A DNA stretch of 64,000 nt. It comes from Lysobacterales bacterium. Its GTDB lineage: Bacteria; Pseudomonadota; Gammaproteobacteria; Xanthomonadales; SZUA-5. The stretch spans positions 32,001 to 96,000 of the forward strand of contig JALHMH010000011.1 of assembly GCA_022844165.1 (NCBI GenBank), read 5' to 3'. The notes beneath the pieces were generated by a model. The model did not search any database. It saw nothing but the letters and a program-made list of their open reading frames with translations, and was not told the DNA's origin. A program made the translations under genes and the position numbers. Positions 1 through 7,800 of the stretch are shown here, in pieces (within the stretch, counting starts at the first letter, position 1; the number at the start of each line of letters is the position of its first letter).

Positions 1-166
1 GTGGGGGGATGGTTCGCCGTCCTATCGTGCTGTGGCGACACCGATTGCGCTCCTCGGCCGGTGCGAGGGTGGTCTTGCCACACTGGCGAGGGCCCAGCAG
101 CGCGACCACCGGTGCGCGTGATAAGGCGATGTCCAAGTTCTGCTGCGCTCGCGGTCGTTTTAGCAT
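1..166 (-). pseudogene. N-terminal fragment of an AAA_14/DUF4143-type ATP-binding protein (runs off window edge; probably truncated)
   Basis: Manual translation from ATG at 166 gives MLKRPRAQQNLDIALSRAPVVALLGPRQCGKTTLA, with the Walker A GPRQCGKT typical of this family. The sequence after KTTLA (PAEERNRCRHSTIGRRTIPP) no longer resembles it. Not in the ORF track. Confidence 0.6.
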
Positions 167-179
167 GAATAATCCAGGA

Positions 180-204
180 AATTACGCAACTCAGTTGCGT
201 AATT
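180..204. promoter_or_regulatory. Perfect 11-bp inverted repeat AATTACGCAAC-TCA-GTTGCGTAATT, putative operator
   Basis: Read directly; lies 13 bp upstream of the ATPase-fragment ATG, in the divergent intergenic region. Confidence 0.55.
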
Positions 205-419
205 ACATGGTTGCATGGCGGTCAAGCCAAATGCGCTGGGCGGTTCGTCTGTCTGAGACACTCAAGGCTCGCAGCTTCTGCCGGGAGCTTGTCAGTGGTA
301 TGCGAGTCAGTTCCCTCTCTGGTTCATTCCGTTGCGCTGGAACGTGTGGTGCCGGTGCCCTTCTCGGTGCATGGTTCACCCGACTTGCGCACCCGCCGCC
401 TGCGGGCGATGCTGGTGGG

Positions 420-971
420 ATGGCGACTCCGCAATCGCTCACGCAAATGTTGAACGCCTGGCGCAACGGCGATGCACAGGCGTCGCAGCACTTTGCGCCG
501 CAAATTTATGCCGAGTTGCGTGCGTTGGCGGCTCGGCAGGTGCGCAAGGCCGGCGCGCGGTCAGAGACGTTGCAGCCGACGGCCTTGGTCAACGAAGCGT
601 GGCTCAAGCTCGGAGAGGGCCACGGACCGATCACGGACCGCGCGCATTTTTTCGCCTTGGCGGCGCTGACGATGCGCGGCATCCTGGTCGATCGCGCGCG
701 AGCGTCGATGCGTGTGAAACATGGCGGCGACCGGCAGCGCGCAGCGCTCGACGAGGCCGAGCTGCCGGCGGACGACGAAGAGCTGCTGCTGTTGGACAAC
801 GCGCTGGACCAGCTGGCTGCTGTCGATCCGCGTTCGGCGCAGGTGATCGAGTTGCATTATTTCGGTGGCCTTGAACGCGATGCAATTGCCGAGCTGTTAT
901 CGCTGTCGGTACGCAGCGTTGATCGTTCGCTGAAGTTCGGCCGCGCGTGGCTGGCGCGCGCACTGGCGTAG
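420..971 (+). CDS. ECF-type RNA polymerase sigma factor (TIGR02999-like, kinase-associated type)
   Basis: LTQMLNAWRNGD...YAELRALA...TLQPTALVNEAWLKL...DRAHFFALAA..MRGILVDRAR...VIELHYFGGL...ARAWL-like C-terminus. ATG at 420 preferred over the ORF-track start at 9. Confidence 0.9.
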   Translation: MATPQSLTQMLNAWRNGDAQASQHFAPQIYAELRALAARQVRKAGARSETLQPTALVNEAWLKLGEGHGPITDRAHFFALAALTMRGILVDRARASMRVKHGGDRQRAALDEAELPADDEELLLLDNALDQLAAVDPRSAQVIELHYFGGLERDAIAELLSLSVRSVDRSLKFGRAWLARALA

Positions 972-1068
972 GGTGCTCCTGAGGACCACGCAGATCGTTC
1001 CCCAGGAAGCGGCGTCTGCCGATTCGGATCATCCCTAAGGATCACTGAGTCGCCCGCTACTCGGGGAA

Positions 1069-1497
1069 TCAATCGATTGATGCATTCCCTGACAGCGGAT
1101 GAAAGCTGTCGTCCATCGGAAACTCAGCGCGGCTCGGCATTTGCGCGATCGCCATGCGATTCGGCGCTTTCGGGGTGGAATCGTCAAATGCGGCGTTGGC
1201 CGCGATCTGCGCGGTCTTGTGCCCAATCCGGCATAGCTGAGTGATGTCGTAGAAGGAGGTGTACTTCGTCCAACGGGCGTTGCCCGTCTTTGCTGTCGAG
1301 GCGATGCCTTTGCGTCCTGGGCCTGGGCCCGGAAACAGCGGTACCCATAGTGCCTCCGTGGCGCTCGAGTCGATGCACACAAAGTACAGCTGACGTGGCC
1401 AGGGAATCTGATCGTCGCCGGTGTACTGTGCGCCGTTTTTGGCCAGCGCCAATGGGTCCAGGCGCAGAACCAGCCCAGGAGCGTGAACATGCGGCAT
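1069..1497 (-). CDS. Hypothetical protein (142 aa)
   Basis: Protein-like composition from MPHVHAPGLVLRLDP to the stop; fills the gap between the ECF gene and slyD. Confidence 0.7.
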   Translation of the reverse strand: MPHVHAPGLVLRLDPLALAKNGAQYTGDDQIPWPRQLYFVCIDSSATEALWVPLFPGPGPGRKGIASTAKTGNARWTKYTSFYDITQLCRIGHKTAQIAANAAFDDSTPKAPNRMAIAQMPSRAEFPMDDSFHPLSGNASID

Positions 1498-1731
1498 GAT
1501 GTTTCCTGAGACGGCCAGTGTGGCCCGGTGCTGGAGCGTAGCAGGTCTGGCGAGGCTTCGCCCCGGACTGCTGAGCATGTTTGGCCTGGTTCGCATCCGC
1601 CGCGCGCCCGGCGTGGCATGTCATGAACAATGGCCGACCACAACGTCAACTGACGTTACTAAATACGGTTTTGATCTCGAATCGATCTGCGGTGATAGCT
1701 TCCGCGACCCCTGGGATTTTGTGAGATTCTC

Positions 1732-2205
1732 ATGTCCGAATCGGTTGTCATGCGCTTTCACTACACCGTTGCCGAAGTCGGTCAGGATGTGATCGAAGAT
1801 TCGCGAAATGCTGAACCGCTCTCGGTTTTAGTTGGTGCCGGCTCGATTCTCCCTGGGCTTGATCGTGCGCTGGTCGGCAAGAGCGTCGGCGATCATGTCA
1901 GTGTCGTTCTGCCAGCGGCCGAAGCTTACGGAGAGCACAACCCGGCGCTCGTTCAGCGAATCAGCAAGAAGCATGTGCCTGCCGCGGCGCACAAGCCCGG
2001 GGCGACGGCAACGCTGCAAACGCAGGGCGGCCCGCGAGTCGTGACCGTGCTCAAAGTTGGCCTGTCCGTGCTGGATGTTGACTTTAATCACCCGCTCGTG
2101 GGCAAGGACTTGAGCTTCGAAATCGATGTCCTTGAGACGCGCCCGGCGACCGCGGAGGAGGTTCTCCACGGTCATGCGCACGGCGAGGGTGGCGTAAATC
2201 ACTAA
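1732..2205 (+). CDS. slyD: FKBP-type peptidyl-prolyl cis-trans isomerase SlyD
   Basis: VVMRFHYTV, ILPGLDRAL, AAEAYGE, VDFNHPLVGKDLSFEIDV, RPATAEEVLHGHAHGEGG; short His tail. Confidence 0.93.
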   Translation: MSESVVMRFHYTVAEVGQDVIEDSRNAEPLSVLVGAGSILPGLDRALVGKSVGDHVSVVLPAAEAYGEHNPALVQRISKKHVPAAAHKPGATATLQTQGGPRVVTVLKVGLSVLDVDFNHPLVGKDLSFEIDVLETRPATAEEVLHGHAHGEGGVNH

Positions 2206-2357
2206 CGAGGCTTCGCCTCAGTCCGCCGAGCATTGTTGGCTTCGCAGGACTCCGTACTTGCCACAACCCCATTGAGCGCTGCGCGAATTTCCGGCCCGGC
2301 GGCACAGCCGCCGGTCGTTCGGCCCGGTACACGCCTAACGAGGCTTCGGCTCAGACC
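2202..2357 (-). repeat. Copy 1 of modular REP/MITE-like repeat (partial, reverse orientation, with a duplicated end module)
   Basis: Reverse complement matches about 47997-48133, and its 3' half matches 17738-17822. CTAA at 2202-2205 and 2335-2338; second CTAACGAGGCTTCGGCTCAGACC end module at 2335-2357. Confidence 0.9.
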
Positions 2358-2369
2358 ACAGAGCTGATG

Positions 2370-4664
2370 TTACCTGCGCTCAATCGAAATCCGGCGTTCG
2401 GCGCTTGAGCCGTGATCGTCAACGACGCGCAACAGGAACTCGCCGTCGCGTCTCGGCGTCCACGGTAGCGATTCGCCAGGCGCTGTTGTGCCTAAGAAGT
2501 TGCCGCCGTCGAACCAAAACAAGCGCTGCGCTGTTGCGTCTGCGTCGGCACGCAGCGTCAGCGCGTCGGATCCGAGTGTGACGCGATACGTGGTAGCGCG
2601 AAGCGGTGACGTGATCGTCGGCGCGCGGCTGGCCATCGTGCAGTCGGCGCCGGATGGTGGCAGTCGTTTTGGCAGTCCGGCCAGCTGATACACGCGGCGC
2701 AATTCGCTCGGCCAAAACTCGAAGATCTCGTAGCGTTTGGCGAGGCCGGCATCGCATGTGACATTGTTCTCCGCGTCGAAACCGACTTGGCGGTGCACCG
2801 TCGAAATGCGAATCGGTGATACGCCGGGAATGAACCAGGTACTGCTGCGCTGTGGGCAGTGGACATTCGGCAACTCGCCAGAGGCGCTACACACTTCGAT
2901 TCGCGTTACGTTCAACGGCCAGCGCCTTGGCGGTTCGCTTAAATCGACCCCCGAGGCCGAGAGCGAATCGACGATCGAGAAAAACAACGGTGCTGCCGCT
3001 TCGACCCCGATCAGTGCAGGATTGCTCTTGCCGTCGAAATGGCCGAGCCACACGATCAGTACGTAGGGGCCTGCGATGCCAGCCGTCCAGGCATCGCGGA
3101 AACCCCAACTTGTGCCCGTTTTCCAGGCGACGCCGCGGTGAGTCGCATGATCTGGTCGCGGCGCGTTCGCCAGAATGTCGCGCACAATGAACGCCGCTTC
3201 GGCGCTCACCAATTGCCTGCCTGCGGAGGCTGGCCCGATACCGAAGTTCAATGCACGCAGCTTGCCATCGGCTGAGAGTAGAGCGTAAAGGCGCGCCAAT
3301 TCCTCCATCGTAACCTCGCCGCCGCCGAGGGCGAGAGCGAGGCCGTAATGCTGGGCACTTGCCAATTGCGAAATGTCCGATTGCCTCAGGAACTCGTAAA
3401 AATCCGGCGCGCGCAACTGACCGGCTACCGCAACCGCCGGTACGTTTCGCGAACGCGTCAGCGCATCGCGTGCGGTGATCGGCCCAAGAAAGGTGCCATC
3501 GAAGTTCTCCGGCGAGAACGGCCCGAATGCGCTCGGCACGTCGCGCAGAATCGATGCCGGGTGCAGTACGCCCTGGTCGATCGCGAGCGCATAGATGAAC
3601 GGTTTCAGGGTCGATCCGGGCGAGCGTTTTGCTCCAGTGCCGTTGACCTGGCCGGCAATCGCAGCGTTGAAGAAGTCGGCTGATCCGACGAGCGCACGTA
3701 CGCCCATGTCGCGCGTGTCCAGCAGCATCGCTGCGGCATTGTTCAGCCCGCGTGCCTTTGCCCGCGTCAGCGTGTCCGCGATGCGTTCTTCGATCCGGGC
3801 CTGCAGAGTCAAATCCAGCGACGTCGTGATGGATGTCGATACGTCGCCGCGGCGCACGCGGTCGGCCAACGCGCGTTCGACGAAGTGCGGGGCGGCGAAC
3901 GGCAATTGCCTGACGCTACGCATTGGCAGCGGCAGCGCCATTAGCGCGGCATCGTCTGAGCCGCTGCGATAGTTGATCGCAAACCGCGCGAAAAGACGTC
4001 CGCGCGCAGCTGCAAGGTCTGCATTGATCGCTGCATCGGCTGTTTTGCCGCGACGCGAGGGCGCCTGCGGCAGTACAGCCAGCGTCAGAATTTGCGGCAA
4101 GTTCAAACGACTCGGTCGCTGGTCGAAGTAAATCAGGCTGGCAGCGCCCACGCCTTCGATATTGCCGCCGTATGGCGCCAGATTGAGGTAGGCCTCGAGA
4201 ATCTCGTCTTTGCTGTAGCGCCATTCGAGCCACAGCGCTGCGGCGATTTGTTGGAGCTTTCCAGGCACGCTGCGTGTGTCGAGTCGCTCCAGAAGTCGCG
4301 CAAGCTGCATCGTCAGGGTCGAAGCACCAAGCCGCGGTCCGCCGCCATAGGTGCTGATGGCTGCGCGTACCAGGCTCACGGGGTTGACGCCGGGGTGCCA
4401 GCGAAACCATGCGTCTTCATGCAACAGTACGGCGTCCACCAGTCGCGGATCGATCTCTTCGAGTGGCGTCCACACCCGATAGCGCTCATCGCTCGCTAAC
4501 GTCAGGCGCAGCAACTCGCCGTTGCTGTCGTAAACGGCCACCGAGCTGGGGGCATGACGCTTCAGAGGCGGCGCATCGACCGGAATCAGCGCCAGGAATA
4601 CGGTGAGCAGAGCCAAAGCGGCAGCGACGCGAAAGCACCTCATCGACCGAGAACATGTCTTCAT
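2370..4664 (-). CDS. pbpC: Penicillin-binding protein 1C
   Basis: Transglycosylase motifs (HEDAWF, GASTLTMQLAR, YLNLAPYGGN); transpeptidase SxxK (GSTLKPF), SRN and KTG; C-terminal BiPBP-like domain. Start could be 4643. Confidence 0.93.
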   Translation of the reverse strand: MKTCSRSMRCFRVAAALALLTVFLALIPVDAPPLKRHAPSSVAVYDSNGELLRLTLASDERYRVWTPLEEIDPRLVDAVLLHEDAWFRWHPGVNPVSLVRAAISTYGGGPRLGASTLTMQLARLLERLDTRSVPGKLQQIAAALWLEWRYSKDEILEAYLNLAPYGGNIEGVGAASLIYFDQRPSRLNLPQILTLAVLPQAPSRRGKTADAAINADLAAARGRLFARFAINYRSGSDDAALMALPLPMRSVRQLPFAAPHFVERALADRVRRGDVSTSITTSLDLTLQARIEERIADTLTRAKARGLNNAAAMLLDTRDMGVRALVGSADFFNAAIAGQVNGTGAKRSPGSTLKPFIYALAIDQGVLHPASILRDVPSAFGPFSPENFDGTFLGPITARDALTRSRNVPAVAVAGQLRAPDFYEFLRQSDISQLASAQHYGLALALGGGEVTMEELARLYALLSADGKLRALNFGIGPASAGRQLVSAEAAFIVRDILANAPRPDHATHRGVAWKTGTSWGFRDAWTAGIAGPYVLIVWLGHFDGKSNPALIGVEAAAPLFFSIVDSLSASGVDLSEPPRRWPLNVTRIEVCSASGELPNVHCPQRSSTWFIPGVSPIRISTVHRQVGFDAENNVTCDAGLAKRYEIFEFWPSELRRVYQLAGLPKRLPPSGADCTMASRAPTITSPLRATTYRVTLGSDALTLRADADATAQRLFWFDGGNFLGTTAPGESLPWTPRRDGEFLLRVVDDHGSSAERRISIERR

Positions 4665-4847
4665 TTGCGTAGGATCGAGTATCTCCACGTCGGATGCGCA
4701 AGCATGACGCGAGTGCCTTGGGCTTTCCCGCCTTTGGCCCGAACATGCCACGATGTGTCCTGCCGCCGTCGTCAGGTTTGCCTGACATCGCCATACCTGC
4801 GCCCTTAATCTTGGCGCATGATCGATGCTGTCGGCGGGAGGAATCGG

Positions 4848-7800
4848 ATGGAAACGCACACGCACTGGTCATTGTTGCAGCGGCTTATTGGGCGCTGGAC
4901 CTGGTCGCCGCCGCAGTGGCTGCACTGGCTCTGGTTGCGCAAATGGCAAGTGCTCGCGACGTTGGCGCTCGTTGCGGCAACGAGCTATGGCATTTACCGC
5001 TGGGTCACGCGCCCGATCCCGGTGCCGCCGGAAGCCATCTCGGTGACGCTGAACGCACCATCGAAGACCGACTATTCGCGCTCGCCGAAAGAGGTTTCGC
5101 GGCTCTCGATCGACTTCGGTGGGTCGGCAGCGCCGATAGAGTTGCTTGAAAAGGCCGCTCGCGGGGTGCAATTGGAGCCTGCGCTCGCCGGCGAATGGAC
5201 TTGGGTGAATGACCGTTCGCTGCAGTTTCTGCCGAGCGATGACTGGCCAGTGGGTCAGGCGCTCGAAGTGAAGCTCGATGAGGCGCAAGCGATTGCGCCC
5301 GGCGTGATTCTGGCGCCGTATGAGTTGACGTTCACCACAACCCCGTTTTCAGCGAGCATCGCCAGCGCCGAGTTCTATCAAGACCCACAAGATTCCGGGC
5401 TAAAGAAGGCGGTGTTCGGTCTGGAGTTCTCGCATCCGGTCGATGCGCAGCGCTTGGAGGCGAGCGTGCGCGCCACGATGCAAGACGGTGCCGGACGCGC
5501 CGCGCCCAATCCGCAGCTTCAAGTAATCGTCGGTCCGGACAAACTCAAAGCCTGGGTGCATACGCAATCGCTTACGTTGCAGCCCAACGGTGGTGTCGTC
5601 GATCTGCTGGTTGAGCCCAACGTGGTCAGCAGCCTTGGTGGCGATCCGATCGGTAGCGATTTGCAGTCGCGCGTATCGCTGCCCGATTTGTATAGCGTTG
5701 TGGTCGAGAGCGTTGAACCGACCCTGGTCGACAACGAGCGCTTTGAGCCGGATCAAGTGCTGATCCTGGCGTTCAATCAAACCTTGAAAAATACGGATGT
5801 CGTGAGCGCCACCAAGGCCTGGTTGTTGCCGATGTACAACCCCAATGTGCCACGCGAACGACAATCGCCGCCCTATCGGTTCTCCCCGAACGAAATCGAC
5901 GCTGAAGTGCTGAAAGCTTCGGTGCCCATCGATCTGAAGCCCGACCCCAGCGAACGTGAGTTCATTGAGGTCCATAGCTTTCGCTACCAGGCGCCGCCCA
6001 ATCGACTCGTTTACGTACGCATCGAAAAGGGGTTGAAGTCCTTTGGCGGATTCTTGATGGGTCAAAACCATGCGCAAGTGCTGACGGTCCCTGAGTTCCC
6101 GCGTCTGCTCAGTTTTGTCGGCGAAGGTTCGTTGCTCTCGCTGCGCGGCGAGCGGCGGGTGACGGTGATTTCGCGCAACCTGGACGCATTGCGTTTGGAG
6201 GTCGGCCGCGTTGTGCCCGATCAATTGCACCATCTGGTGCAATTCAACGACGGCACCTATCAGCAACCTGGGCTGTGGAATATCGGCGAAGACAGTCTCG
6301 TCGAACGTGAAGAAAAACGGCTGAAGCTGCCGAATCTTGACCCGGCAAAGAACCACTATGAAGGCGTCGACTTGTCGCCGTTTTTTTCGCCGACGCGCCA
6401 CGGCGTGTTTCTGCTCAGCCTGCGCACCATGAGCGATGACGACGCTTCGCTATCGCCTGCGGAGACCATCGCCGCGGATGCCGGAGAGGTGATGGACTCA
6501 AGGCTCGTCGTTTTGACCGATCTGGGTGTGATTGCCAAACGTTCGTTGGACGGTGGTCGCGACGTATTCGTGCAGAGTCTGAGCAGCGGACAGCCGGTGC
6601 GCGGCGCGCGCGTGCGTGCCATCGCGCGCAATGGCGAGACGCTGGTGAGTTCAGAGACCGATGCAGGCGGGCGCGCGTCATTGCCGACGCTTGACGGCTA
6701 CCGGCGCGAGAAGGAGCCGAAGCTGTTGACGGTCCAGTTGGGCGAGGATCTTTCGTTCTTGCCGTTGGGCGACTACGCGCGCGCGCTGGATACCTCGCGC
6801 TTCGAGGTGGGCGGCGAAATCAACACACTCGATCCCGGCAAGCTGAGCGCGTTCCTGTTCTCCGATCGCGGTTTGTATCGGCCGGGAGATACGATCAACC
6901 TGGGTCTGATCGTGCGCGCCGCCGATTGGCGCACAGCGCTTGAGGGTCTTCCCTTGGAGCTGGACTTGAACGACCCTCGCGGCACGCTCGTAAAGCGTGT
7001 GCCGATCCAGCTCGACGGCAGCGGCTTCAATGAGTTTTCGCATGCGCCCCGTGCAGGTGCGCCCAGTGGCACATACACCGCGGCACTTTACCTGACGCGC
7101 GTGAATCAACAACGCATCAATATCGGCAATGTGACGATGCAGGTACGCGAGTTCCAGCCCGACACGCTGCGGGTGCGCGCCACGCTGTCCGCGGCGCGGA
7201 GCGAGGGATGGGTAAAGCCAGACGGCTTAAGCGCGACGGTAGAAGTGCAGAATTTGTTCGGCACGCCCGCGCAACAGCGACGCGTCGAAGGGTCTTTGGT
7301 GCTGCGGCCTGCGTATCCGAGCTTTGCCCGCTGGACCGGCTGGAACTTTTACGATCCCAATCGTGCCAGCGACGGCTTCGACGAACCGCTCACCGAGCAA
7401 ACGACTAATGCCGATGGCGTCGCGTTGTTCGACTTGAATCTCAATCGTTATGCCAATGCAACCTACCAGTTGAGTTTCCTGACGCGTGCCTTCGAACCTG
7501 GCAGCGGTCGCAATGTTGCCGCCCAGGCGGGAACGTTGGTGTCGGACAATGAGTTTCTGGTCGGATTGCGCAGCGTCGACGACTTGAATTACGTCAAACG
7601 CGGTAGCAAACGCAACATCGAATGGGTGACGATCGGCCAGGATGTGGCACCGAAACCCGTCGACGACTTGCGCGCAGTACTCGTGGAGCGGCGGTATGTC
7701 TCGGTCCTGACCCGCGAAAATTCGGGCTTGTATCGTTATGTGTCTCAGGAGCGCCGTCACACGGTGGCCGACATCGCGCTCAAACCCAGTGGCAGCGTCC

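Noticed and set aside
9-419. 137-codon N-terminal extension of the ECF sigma ORF
   Set aside because: Not protein-like, overlaps the minus-strand ATPase stub, and sigma similarity begins only at ATG 420.
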